Assembly (NCBI GenBank): GCA_026025075.1
Contig: JAPEUI010000126.1
Coordinates: forward strand, 1 to 44,155
Length of the DNA stretch: 44,155 nt
Direction: 5' to 3'
From: Vezdaea acicularis
Taxonomy: Eukaryota
Shown: positions 23,785 to 37,096 of the stretch, piece by piece
Layout of the letters: the number at the start of each line of letters is the position of its first letter
How positions within the stretch are numbered: position 1 is the stretch's first letter
Notes under the pieces: model-generated
Database searches by the model: none
Seen by the model: the letters and a program-made list of their open reading frames with translations, nothing else
Told to the model about the DNA's origin: nothing
Made by a program: the position numbers and the translations under genes

Positions 23785-24714
23785 ATGCACCTATCCGGCC
23801 CATCCAGCGTCCTCGCACTCCTCCTCCTCTTCCTCTCCCGACTCACCGCATCGAGCTCCCTCTCACCCTTCTACGCCCCCTACGACGACACGCTCGACCC
23901 CCTCGCCCGACCCGACCTCCTCCCTACGCCCCTCGCGCTCCTCCTCCGCCGCCAAGCTTGTCCCTCCGCCTACAGCGCCTGCACAATCCTCAACGTCGCC
24001 GGCGCCTGCTGCCAAAGCGGAACCGTGTGCTCCCTCGACGGCGCCGGCAACGTCGCCTGCTGCCCCTCCAACGCCATCTGCAGCGGCACCATCACCAAAA
24101 CCTCCGCCCCTTCCTCCTCCTCCTCCGCCTCCCTCGTCCCCACAACCACAACAAGCACCTCCCTCCCCTCCTCTGGCCCCACCCAATCAACCGGCCCCGG
24201 CGGCATCTTCCTCAACCCCTCCTCTACCCTCCCCAATACCAACCCCACCGCCACCGCCCAAGCTACCGGAGCCGCCGGCGCCGCAGGCGCCACCACCATC
24301 CAAAACGCCTACAACTTCCCCTTCCTCGCCCTCCCCACCTCCTTCCCCAACCCCTCTGCCTGCTCAAGCGGCTACTCCTCCTGCACGAGCCAATACTCTC
24401 TCTGTCTCGCCAGCCTCGGCGGCGGCGCCAACCCCGTCACCGTCACCGGTGGCGGCGCCAGCATCGGCATCCCCGGCGCCACCGGCACGCTCGGCACGGC
24501 TGCTAGCAGCGTGTGTTCCAGTCTCAGCAGTGAGGCGTGTAGAGGTCTCCAGCCGGGCGTTTGTACGGCATTTACGGGGAGTGCGACCGCGAGTGGAGGG
24601 TTAGCGGGGAGTGGGGCTAGCCTGGGGCCGAGGGCTGGGGGGTGGAGTGTGTTGGGCGTGTGGATTGTGGGCGGTGTGCTGGGGGTGGGGGTTGTGGGAC
24701 AGGCTCTGCTTTGA
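23785..24714 (+). CDS. Cys-rich, Ser/Thr-rich secreted surface protein, probably GPI-anchored (309 aa)
   Basis: Hydrophobic signal peptide, dibasic LLRR site, an 8-Cys module (CPSAYSAC...CC...C...CC...C), an S/T linker, a second 6-Cys module, then a small-residue stretch and a hydrophobic C-terminus. Confidence 0.85.
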   Translation: MHLSGPSSVLALLLLFLSRLTASSSLSPFYAPYDDTLDPLARPDLLPTPLALLLRRQACPSAYSACTILNVAGACCQSGTVCSLDGAGNVACCPSNAICSGTITKTSAPSSSSSASLVPTTTTSTSLPSSGPTQSTGPGGIFLNPSSTLPNTNPTATAQATGAAGAAGATTIQNAYNFPFLALPTSFPNPSACSSGYSSCTSQYSLCLASLGGGANPVTVTGGGASIGIPGATGTLGTAASSVCSSLSSEACRGLQPGVCTAFTGSATASGGLAGSGASLGPRAGGWSVLGVWIVGGVLGVGVVGQALL

Positions 24715-24954
24715 ACGTGGCGCGTTGTTGAGTCCTCGTATTTGGAAAATCCCGTCATCTCTTCCCCCCCCCCCTTATTCTCCCTGTGGCTGCGGCTTGG
24801 GTGGATGGATGCACGACACATCAACCACTCATCTCTTTCGCACCCTCCTCGGCGTTTCTTCCCCCCTGAACTTTGTGGTGGACCGCCATCTTCTTCTTGC
24901 ATCCCCTTCTCTCATCTAATCAAAATGCCTGAAAATGTTTGGAACGGCGGCTAG

Positions 24955-24983
24955 TCAATCAATCAATCAATCAAATCAATCAA
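24955..24983. repeat. (TCAA)n tetranucleotide microsatellite
   Basis: tcaatcaatcaatcaatcaaatcaatcaa read directly. Confidence 0.8.
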
Positions 24984-25635
24984 AAAGTCCTACAACAGAG
25001 TTCACAGGGCTCGTCCCATCTCTACATACCCAATACCCACAAGTCAGACTCTTCGAAATGCTAACACACCATTCGTGCATTGCTGTAGATATGGCGAGAG
25101 GGGGTTTGTCCTGCGCCAGAGCGGTGGTTTGTTGGTGTCTTGGGGGAGGGGTGATGTGAGATACACCCACACCCTCTTGCTCTACGGTACATCCGGCCCT
25201 GTCGACCATAACTTCCCTCCCCCCCCCCCTTCCGCCGCCTGAACAAGTCCCATTACCTGATCTGCAACCCCCCCCCCCCTCTCTTCCTCTCCATCTAGGA
25301 CGTTAGGGGCCGCCGTGTAGCTCGTCTGGTACGTTTTAAGTGTGGCGGGGCGCTGTGTGGGTTGTAGTTTTTTTGGTAGCTCAGGGACGTGCTACCCTGG
25401 TTGGGAATGTTATGAAGGGGGGGGTGCGTAGCCGAAGGGAAAGGGGGATATTCAGGTTGAGAGGAGCTTTCAGGAGAGCGGGCGAGAGAGGAATCACCAT
25501 ATATTTCCAATGAAGCATTTACTTGAGACCTTCTGAAATATGTTGCTACCAGCTATCTAAAGCCTTCACATCATCAAGAGGCCACTTTTTCATGGCTTCA
25601 ACTAGTGGTCCAACAACATTGATCCGTATATCCAT

Positions 25636-26531
25636 CTAGTACAGACGCTTGGGAGGAGACATGGAGGCCTTGACGGTCAAGCTGCCCACATTCTGCCACC
25701 CCTTCTTCAACAAGCTGACCAGGTAGTTGATGGCCAACATGATGTTGCTGATCAGCTGATCCTCAGTCATTCCAACATTGCCCACCGCGACGCCCAAGCA
25801 CAGGACCTTCTTCAACTGGAACTTGATTGTCGATTTAACTTCGGTGATCTTGTTGCTTAGATCTTCGTTGTGCGAGATGGGCGTAGGGAATTTGCCAGCT
25901 ACATAGCTTTGTCAGTACCGTGAAACGAGTGTGAAGAGATGATGGGCATACCCTTTGAGAGACCAGGACCCAGGAGACGTGGAATCTGTTTGATCAAAGT
26001 GTCGGAAGCAATGAATGCATCGTACTTTCGGGCCAGTTTCTTGATGAGCTTCTTGTTCTTGTTCAACTTCTTCAAGTCGTCCGCAGACATGGCATCGACA
26101 CCATGGTGCTTGGCTCTGTCGATATCGTGCTGGTCACCGAGGACGCTATGAAACGAATCAACAACCATACCCTATGCTCTCATCCCCAGACTCCATCCAA
26201 TTCGAAAGGTGCGAACGCCTTGCTTCGGGTGCAATGTATAGAGCTTACCAGATAGCCATGCCGGGACGTGGGACTTGCGGCAACCTCACCGTCCCGGAGA
26301 AACGCTTGTCCCGCTGAGGATCATAGTTTTTGAGGCCGATTTGAAGCTCGACGGTCTCGAGGAAATTTCTCTTTTTAGTTTCGAGAGAGTACTCGAGCAG
26401 TTCCTTCACATTTGTGCGAACTCCGGCTATGTTTCGGAAGAGCGTAATTAGCACCGCTACCCTCACGATAGAAAGAGAAAGATAGAATTTAGAAAAATGG
26501 TGTTTGTCCTACCGACTGTTATTTTTGACAT
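25636..26531 (-). CDS. RPL1: 60S ribosomal protein uL1 (L1/L10a). Exons 26531-26513, 26426-26249, 26145-25952 and 25898-25636
   Basis: [78 protein letters not shown] and a PKRLY* ending. Confidence 0.97.
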
Positions 26532-28204
26532 TGTGAGGGCAGTCTTCCAGAAGAATAGGTAATTCTTTTGGTGAGGATTCTCGCAGCCGGGGAGGAATTA
26601 TTGGTGGTGAAAAGACAGGGCACAGAGCAAATGAAGATTGTATGCTAACATAAAGTGTGGGGCGATATCTCGCTTGTGGCGAGAAGGGTTAAACCTGCCG
26701 CGCCTATCGCCTGAACTTTGTCCGGGTTGCCGCGAGCGAGCGCTCTCAAGCAGAATCACTCAGAAACGGTTTGTATCAAGAATCTTTTGGAGACTTCTTA
26801 ACTATTAAGTACTATGGGCTGATATTTGGTCAAACCAAATCACTTCTGCGTGAACGACACAGGGATGTTTGAGCAAGTAAAGGGGCTATACTTGGAAGCA
26901 TGCTCAGCTCACTCGACAAGTTACTAATTCCTCTGTAGCCTTGTTCTAACCGGCAGAGATTTATACCTGAAGGCGATCAATACAGATCTACTGCTAGCTG
27001 TACAAAGCATAGAATGGCCCAAATGGTTGGAAAATAAAGATAACGCTTCTCGATACCCCTAAGCCAAGCAATAAATAGGAACCCTTGAGAAAAGACAGTT
27101 GGCTAAAAATTCCGGCAATGGCGCTGTCAGTTCCAATACATACGTTCTCAGGCCTACTATATGCCCTTCAAATACGTCACTTGCAGCTGATTTCGCAGGA
27201 ACCAACGAACCGTAGTAGCCTTCAAAAGGCTCGCCCAGACCCTATTGAAAGCGTTTCCATGAGCGGGTGCTGTAAAGATGTAATGCCATAGCTAGTCCTC
27301 AGAACAATGTCTCGAGAAGTCACCCTTACTCGTAGCAGGTTGGCTGTTGAAAACTCGCTATACTTGATAAAGCGTTGCTGAACTTGCGTGGGCAATATTG
27401 GTTGCCGTGCCCTAGCTACCGTCCTGCAAGGATGGCAATAACCTTCTCTTTCGTCTCCGTAAGGCAGCGTAGTGGGCCCGTTTCCGCTCTAGAAGCCAAG
27501 CCCATCCTGTGATGACAGTTTCCCACAATCCCAAGGCATCTCGTTCAATTGATATTCGCCCTAGACTGCGGTTCCCTCGGGTTAAAGCATCATAATTGGC
27601 GCGCAGGCTGCTCTAGCTCTCCAGACTACCTTTGGACAAGCTCCTCCTTTCTAGGTCACTTGTGCTTCTGGGCCAGTTGGTCGTACTATTTCCAAGTCAG
27701 CAATGGTATGAGATATGGCCGAATGCCTACTCTCGATCAGCTTACTTGGCCTTCCCGTACGCCCATGTTGCTGTCATATCATCCTGCTCTCAAACATTTT
27801 CATTAATTGTGTGACACTTAGCAATCGGCCTACCCCTCCAACGCGGAGGTATCGCATCATGACAGTAGGAAATCCTACGCGAGCTCTCCATTTGGGGGCG
27901 ACTCGCTTCGTCTTGCCAAGGGTCCAGGGATCGCCCAGGCTTTACCCAGCACCCGATTGGCCCCTTCGCGCTCAGAAATCTCACCTGAAGGCTCGGAAAC
28001 AGCGACATCCGGCGATCTAATCTGCTGAAGAGCCGTACAAAGTAGAGGGTTGGGGCCTGCGATAGAAAAGAACGCATCAGCGGAATCACACATGCCACGC
28101 ATCGACAGGAATTCTAGGCATCTTTACAGACGCACATCTTACCTTGATAGGTCCCGAGGTGCGACGAGATCAGATCGCATAGCTGACAGGCGGAAGTCTC
28201 CGTC

Positions 28205-30371
28205 ATGGGATTAATCGGGCGAATCAAGTCGCGCTCGCGCGACAAGGCCCCGACCGAGCAGAACACGCCTTCGAACATTGATGCTAGCAACACGTCCGGA
28301 ACAGTGTCTCTCGAGGAAAAGCCTCCAATTGATTCAGAGAAACAGGTTTCTGATGACCCGGAGGAAAAGATCGGGTCTACAGCGGATGACGCTATCCCTG
28401 GCACGGAAGGTTTAACGGAGAAGGAAGCAGAAGCTTTGGCGGAAAAGCATGGAGAATCTTCAAAGATTGTCCAGAGCGAGGCGAAGGTGGAATCTGATGG
28501 AGCAGTGACAAAGGAAGATGGAGTTGAGGTTGATAATACTGCTGAGGTAGAAGAGGAAGAAGACACGACCAACTACCCTGGAGGCTTCCAGCTGGCCATG
28601 CTAACATTTGGTCTCATGATGGCCATTTTTGTAATTGCTCTAGATAATACTATCATCGGTGAGCACATAAGATCCTTGGGACGGGTACACTAATCTAACA
28701 AGTTCAGCTACCGCTATTCCAAGGATCACGACATATTTCGATTCTCTGAACGACGTCGGCTGGTACGGCTCGAGTTACCTTCTCACCACCACATCGTTGC
28801 AACCATCCTTTGGGAAAATATACGCCAATTATAATGTCAAGTGGACCTACATGTCTGCGCTCATAATTTTCGAGCTAGGATCCATTCTATGTGCAGCTGC
28901 GAAAACTTCGGTCATGCTCATTGTCGGTCGGGCGGTAGCCGGTGCTGGAGCTGCGGCGCTATTCTCTGGTGGTATGACAATTGTCGCATACTCAGTACCT
29001 CTGCGGAAGAGATCCATATACATCGCAGCTCTGTCAAGTATGTTCGGGATCAGCGCCGTGGTCGGCCCGATTCTCGGCGGTGCTTTGACGGACAAGGCTT
29101 CATGGAGGTGGTGCTTCTGGATCAACCTTCCTTTCGGGGCAGTAGCCCTAGTGACCGTTTTCATCTTCTTCAAAAACCCGAAAAGAGAAGTCTCATCCCT
29201 AACGAGAATGCAGAGACTGAAGGAGATTGACCTACTCGGAGCGTTCTTACTCATCTGTTCCATCGTTTGTTTACTTTTGGCGCTGCAGTGGGGTGGTTCC
29301 GTCTACCCTTGGCACGACTCCAAGGTGTGGGGTACAATTCTTGGGTTTGCCCTCATTATCGGCATTTTCATTTTTACTCAATTTCGCCTGGGTGATAAGG
29401 CTACTATTCCTCCAAGGATCTTCCTTAGACAACGGACTGTCCTCGCTAGTTGTTGGTATTCGTGCTTCCTTGCCATGGGAGTATATACGTGAGTTATGTT
29501 TGGTTCGTTCCTTATTTCCCAGCTGACTTAGTCGAATAGTCATATTTTCTACCTTCCGTTCTACTTCCAGGCCGTCAAGGGCACGACAGCTGAAGGGTCT
29601 GGAATTCGCTCAATCCCCTATCTTGTTAGCAACACCATCTCCTCGGTCATTGTTGGAGGTCTGATTACTGCTATTGGGACCTATGTACCATTTATGTGGT
29701 TTGGAGCTGCAGTATTCACCATTGGTGGAGGGTTGCTATACACCTTGAAGGTTTCATCCGGAGCTGGTATGTGGATTGGATACCAGGTTCTGGCTGGCTT
29801 TGGTGCAGGAGGTTAGTTTGCTTTGGACTATTCTTTGGACGCTAGACTAACTATGGGATAGCTGGGATCCAGATACCCTTTATCGCGGTCCAAGTCGTTT
29901 TGGATGCGAAGGATATGCCATCGGGGAGTAAGCAGAGCCCCCACTCTATTTGCACAGATGACAGCAGCTAACATGTAATTGTGCAGACGCATTAGCGATC
30001 TTCTTCAATACGCTGGGTGGCGCAGTTTCCATCTCGATCGCTCAGAATATTTTTTCCAACTCGCTAATCAAAGAGATCCCTAAATATGCTCCAGATGTGT
30101 CTGCTCAAACGATTATCTCTGCAGGGGCCACGCATGTCAAAGAAGTAACTCCGGCAGGCTCTCTAGCTGGAGTCTTACAGGCCTACGACGTTGCAGTCAC
30201 AAGGGCCTTTATCTTGCCCATTGCCGTTGGTGGCATCGCTACTATTTGCTCCTTTTTCGTAAGTCTTAAGTTGCTCACATGATTGAGATTCCTTTGCCTC
30301 TGAACTAACTTCTATAACAGATGGAATGGAGGAGCGTCAAAGGAAAGAAGCTAATGGCGGGAGCAGCATAA
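28205..30371 (+). CDS. MFS drug:H+ antiporter, DHA2 (14-TM, AflT/GliA-like). Exons 28205-28658, 28708-29488, 29540-29811, 29862-29927, 29987-30258 and 30321-30371
   Basis: FVIALDNTII|ATAIPRIT, DVGWYGSSYLL, LIVGRAVAGAG, GPILGGALTDKASWRWCFWINLP, FYLPFYFQAVKG and a MEWRSVKGKK ending. Five GT-AG introns keep the frame. Confidence 0.93.
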
Positions 30372-30944
30372 GCTAACCTTTCACAAGATATACATGGTTA
30401 TCGGTTGAAAGCATGATAGTGAAAACAGGAGTAAGATATAGAATATTTCTAGATAGTTATTGAAGCATGGCAAGCCGGATATATCTTAGAGGTTTTCGGC
30501 GTTGCTGCCTAACTAATCCCATTAAGTCCTTGACCGGACTAGGAACGACATTGCAATTCTCAACGCGCGTGAATAGGGGCTGAAGCTAGAATGAGATCTG
30601 TCCTCTAGATGAGTGCAGCCTATATAATTCTCGTGCAACGCTCGTTCCGTCGAAGGCCAAGTTCAGGAATTATCGCTGCTGCCTAATGCTTGAAATCGAC
30701 GTAAACATCTTTTTTGTTTTCTGCCGCTCAATACTCTTGCAGTGAGCTGGGGCCTTAGCGAATTCGCTTAGGTGCTCTTGCCACTGGGATAGGTCGTAGG
30801 GAAACATCCGTCAGCCGTCTCTCCCAAAAAAAGCCTCCCCGAAACGACAATCCTCCCCAGTTTAACTCAACAGACGAGTTGACTGTATCACCTCGCTCAC
30901 CGCTTCATCCATAATAGTTGTAGAACAGGTTTTCAGGGGCACAT

Positions 30945-32022
<1,078 letters not shown>

Positions 32023-33108
32023 AGGGCTACTATTACGATGTAGGAAATGATATCGATGCAACTATTGTGTGGACTGCAACCAGCGACGGCATTCTGTTTT
32101 CAATTGATTGATCTCAACTTCGACTATGGGCGTAGAGGGACAATAAATTCAGAACAAGACTTCCCTTCTTAAACTGGCTGTTTGTTCTATGCACTAGCCA
32201 CTGCATCACCTCCTAAGTAAGCTGCACTAGGTGTCTTACTCAGCTTTACGGTCTTCCTTTCCCCTGACATGCTTTATGTCATCTCCGCTTTCGACTCGCC
32301 TTAGCAAATCAAATGGGTCTCTTACGATGTTCATGGGATGCCTCTGCAAGCACACTTTTTCGAACCACTTGGTCAATCTTGCAACTTCGAAAGGAAGTCT
32401 CTTGCGTAAAAACCGTGTTTTGATAGCATGATGGATGCGTTGATGGCGGGTTTTGCTTAGCGATACGATGTAGACGGCACTCCTTCGTAGGAAGTGTTTC
32501 TCTGTTGAGGTATTACTTCCATCAATGTCCCTTCCCTCGCCTGGTTGCATGCACCACCTGTGCTTTTGTTGTGGTTGCTCGTCTCCCTTCTCTACAATTC
32601 TTCGGCCAACCCCTCTACTCGCTCGTTCAGCTCGCAAAGGCTGCCTTTTATCTTAGAGCTGAACGAACTCGATTGGCGAATTTGAGGATGTGCCTCGATT
32701 CAAGTTGATCAATCCAGCTATTGTAAGAAATGCGCCTCCGGCTTATGATGAGGCACGCGGCGAGGGCAAGAAAATAGTTTGAGCGCTGCGGATTTTTACA
32801 TCCCGAACTGCCAGCAGTATGAATGTATCCAAGGCTTTCAGTGAGAATCATATAGACTAACTTGGAGGGCTAAAAGGAACTGCCTCGTGCGCCGTTCCAG
32901 TTGTAAACCCACGGCCATCGAGCAATGTATAGTGTATCTTCCGCTGTATCAACAATACTTTAACTTATAGTAATTGGCTTTTTGAGGGGAAGAGTATCAC
33001 GATAGTAATTACTTCCGCTCACAACGTATAGGGTTTTGAGATCGAGTTTAGGAGCTACTTTGTACAGTACGGAGGAGACCTCTCGTCTGCCTAGACTCTT
33101 CTTCCCTG

Positions 33109-34190
33109 TTAACTTTGCGCCACTGCATTTATCTCCTTACTCGTAGCCTCCCCTGTGCCTCTCTGCCCACTTCCCTCGTTCCTCCACTCATCCACCAGTT
33201 TCCCCAGCGACTTAACCATACTCCGCCTCTCTCCTTCACTTGCATCCCCACTTCCCGCCCACCTTATTTTACACTCCCCATCTAGTAGGTACACATACCC
33301 AACCTGGCTATTCAGAATACCTATCGCATTCTTGATTTCATCCGTAAAGCCTCTCCTTACGAGGAAGTACTTTCCTTGCCTCTCCCTATCTACCTTTCGC
33401 CTCAGTAGCGGCATGAACAGCCGTACAATCCAGTACCGAAGCGTGTTCTCTTCTACATTCACACTGACCAGCTGCGTCACCCCGCCACTCTCTTTGACCA
33501 AGTCGTGCAGTTCAGGGTTCTCAGACTTGGAGACATAGGTCTTGACCTGCTTTTCCGCCCATGTCGAGGAGAAACAGGCTACTACGGAGACTTTTTTGCG
33601 GAGGACGGGGGTTGTATCGGAGAAGGAAGAAGAGGCGAGAGTCTGACCGTATAGATTCGGGAAGTAGAGGGCTTTGTCGGCGCGGAACAGTGCGTTGGGC
33701 GAGACGAAGGTTTTGCCTTTGCTGTAGCGCATGTTCTTCCAGTCACGGTAGTAGGGACGGGACATCTTTTTAGTCCTAACAAGGAAGTCTAGTCAGTATC
33801 TTGCGCTACGTTTTTTGGTAAAAGGAGAGGAAGGAAAGGGTTCAATTACAGCTCTTTGCGCCGTTCGAGGTGCTTGTCGTAGTTGACAAAGTCATTTCGT
33901 CTTTGGCGCAACGTTCGGGGGTCAATTCCGGTATTTTCGCCGGGTTGAGGGGGGTTTGGGAGGCCTAATAGTTGCCTCAATGGCTGGGGGATGTGCTTGT
34001 CTTCCTCATCCTCTTTGCTGGTAGTGGATGCGCTTGCAGCTGGCTTCTCAGCAGAGCTTGGAGCTTGTTGGTCTGACGGTTGCAATGCAGCGTAACTTTG
34101 AGACGAGAGTCGCAGAGCTCGCCGTTGGCAGGAGAAGCATACCCCGGAAGAATTGAGGCTTCTGAGAAGAATCCGTGGTTGTAAAATCAT
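33109..34190 (-). CDS. ATP10: Mitochondrial F1Fo ATP synthase assembly factor Atp10. Exons 34190 (or 34220)-33850 and 33775-33109
   Basis: Arg/Ser-rich presequence, [49 protein letters not shown] and [18 protein letters not shown]. Confidence 0.92.
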
Positions 34191-34480
34191 GACTGTGCCT
34201 GAGCTGTTGATCGATGGCATGTGCTGCCAGTGCAAGCTCGAAACTCCTTGACAAAAAATTAGCCGAAAGCCGTTTAACTTCACGTGCGCGCGGGTCATTT
34301 TCGTGAGACGTTACCCCTCGTTAGACAAAGAACTTACGAAGGAAGCGCGACCTAACACAATCCGCGCCGTGCTAGTCCAACACGTACCATTCTTTGTGCT
34401 GTGCGCCAGTGTAACCAAGTGAGATGGGCTGTTCAGCCAGCAACCAAGTGAGCATCTTCTTTCATATCATCTGTACGGAC

Positions 34481-37096
34481 ATGGCTCGGAAGAAAGTGGA
34501 CGAGAAGATCAGACGATATGAGGAATTGGATAAAGTTGACATATGGGACCAATTAGAAGAAACCAGCGACGCCGCCGAGGTTTTTGCAAGATCTCGAGCC
34601 CGAACTGTCACCAGAGTCGGGTCGGCGACATTAGGCGTCAACGATGCAGAGAGGGAGTCCCCGCCGCCCCTTACCTCAACCGCGAGTGAGCCTGCACAGA
34701 ACCAAACCAAAAATAAACCGTGCGAACAGTACGAGGAAGGCTCTCAATTTGTCCATTGGGTACAAAACGCCCTCTCTCCAAGTTCCTGCCAACATGAACT
34801 GACCGTGCCCCCTTACATTAAGGAGAAGCATGAAGACGACCACTGGGAGCCGCCTTCTCTATATGTGAACCGATCGAAGACGAACGATGGACCTGTTAAG
34901 GCTGCATTGCGAGCAAAAGGAGAGCGTGGTGCTCCTAAAGCTCAGAAGCCAACTAAGAAGGCCCTAGGCAAAAGGAAGAGAGGCCAGCCCTTGAACATGG
35001 CCCCTGAAGAGAAACAGATCTTCAAGGGTCTAAGTTTCTGTGAGCCCGCTCCGTTACTAAACAGACGTTGAACTAATGTGTGTCCAGACTACATGCGCAA
35101 TTGTGATGTCAATGTTTGCCGAAGAGCGAGAATCAGAAAAGCTCAAGAACATGGCGCCAATTGGGTCAGGGATTGGAGCCAGGGCGCCTCTTATCTGATC
35201 ATAGATGAGGACCTTGATTATAAGGAGGTACTGAGGGTATTGAAACAGCAGTACATACCCGTATGTATTTGTCTCTCAAGCTAGGATGCTGTCAACGCTG
35301 AACATATCTCTACAGGTTGGCATCAAAGTTGTTAACCAGCGATTTCCACTTGACTGCATCTCTTCCGGAAAGCTCTTAGACCACAACGACTTTTTATATA
35401 GAGTAGACGGTGCTCCGGCTCCGATATTATCAGGCGAGGCAGCTTTTTGGACACCTCCACCTTCGAGCCCCCCACCCGGACCCGAAAAAGACCAAGAGCC
35501 TTGGGGGCTAGATGACGTCTCCTCGACAGAGAGCGAAATATCAGAGCACCTGGCGGACCCCCCAACTGCAAACCAGCAGGAACCACCTAGTTACCCCTCG
35601 TTCGCCAATAATGACCTCAAGCAACTCCCCATTGATGAAAGTATGGAGCCTCTTGTCACCTTACAAGACTCTCCAGCTTCGAGACCAAAAGACGAACTGG
35701 ATGAAGCAATCAAAGAGAGCACTCGCTATGCAGACCTGGTTCGTACCCTGGCCCGTTGCCGCAAGTCATTGCTTACCCTTCATAGCCCCTCGACACCTCC
35801 TCGGATGAGGAAGAACTCGAGGCCCCTGCCAGATTCCGCAAAACTAATCATGATCCAACCAGCTCTGACGAAGAGCGAGCCCACCGCGCCCGAACCAAAA
35901 AGCCCAAGCTGCAACTGGTCCGCAAGAAGACCCTCGATTTTAGCAAATTTGCATGCATGACCGGCCACCCCCTACAATCCTCCGTCAATCCCCCCGTCAA
36001 CTCTAGCACCTGCGCCTCGTCTTCAATTCCCCCCTCCGACAACAGCTACACGATCGCCATTCTCCAAAAAATGCAGGACTACTACACCAACGTCCAGGAC
36101 ACCTGGCGCTCCCTCAGCTACCGCCGCGCCATCTCGACCCTACGCGCCCATCCCCAGCAAATATCCACCTACGCTGAAGCCATCGCCCTTCCACACATCG
36201 GACACCGGCTCGCCCTCAAGATCGAAGAGATAGTCAACACCGGCCACCTCCGCCGGCTCGACACCACAGCAGCGGACCCGCACGAAAAGCTCCTCCGCAC
36301 CTTCACCGGCATCCACGGTGCCGGCTACGCCCAAGCCACCGCCTGGATCCAAGCGGGCTACACCTCCCTCGCCGACCTGCTTGCCCGCGCCAAACTGACC
36401 ACCAACCAGCGCATCGGCATCCTGCACCACGCCGACTTCCAGGCGCGCATCCCCCGCGCCGAAGCCGCCGCCCATGGCGCCTTCGTGCGTTCCGTCTTGA
36501 AGACTTTGGAACCGGCTGAGGACGTCGAGCTGCATCTCATGGGCTCTTACCGCCGCGGCAAAGAATCCTGCGGAGACGTCGATATGCTCCTTACACACCC
36601 CCACATGCCTCTGCCCCGCCTCCGCGAACTACTGCTGCTGCATCTTCTCCCCGCTCTGAAAGACAGGGGATACGTCCAACATACCCTTTGCTCTTGTTCC
36701 CTCACCCACGGCGCGAAATGGCATGGTGCCGCCACACTCCCCGATGCATACCTCCCCCCTCCTTCCCATCCCCACAATGCCACCACTTCCACCACCACTA
36801 CTTCTAGCACTACAAGTTCTATCTGGCGCCGCATCGACTTCCTACTCGTCCCCCACTCCGAACTCGGCGCCTCCCTACTCTATTTCACCGGCAGCGCCCT
36901 CTTCAACCGCAGTCTCCGCCTGCTGGCGCGCAAGCGCGGGATGCGGCTTAATCAACACGGCTTGTTTGGGAATGTGCTAAGGGGTCCTGGCGCCGGGAAG
37001 GTGAGTCGCGGATCCTTGCTGGAGGGAGCGTGTGAGAGGGGCATTTTTGAGAGATTGGGGGTTCAGTGGAGGGGAGTGCGTGAGAGGGAGGTTTGA
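34481..37096 (+). CDS. POL4: X-family DNA polymerase (Pol4 / Pol lambda-like) with BRCT domain. Exons 34481 (or 34424)-35039, 35088-35260, 35316-35738 and 35786-37096
   Basis: BRCT-like region (IFKGLSF...RIRKAQEHGA), 8-kDa/HhH region (SYRRAISTLR, LPHIGHRLALKIEEI), catalytic GSYRRGKESCGDVD, RRIDFLLVP and YFTGSALFNRSLR. Confidence 0.92.

Noticed and set aside
23592..24506. 304-aa Arg/Pro/His-rich ORF
   Set aside because: Frame-shifted shadow of the C-rich GPI-protein gene.
25501..25541. ATATTTC...GAAATAT inverted repeat with a CTGA, downstream of RPL1
   Set aside because: Too short for a snoRNA, lacks a canonical C box, and a 7-bp stem is expected by chance.
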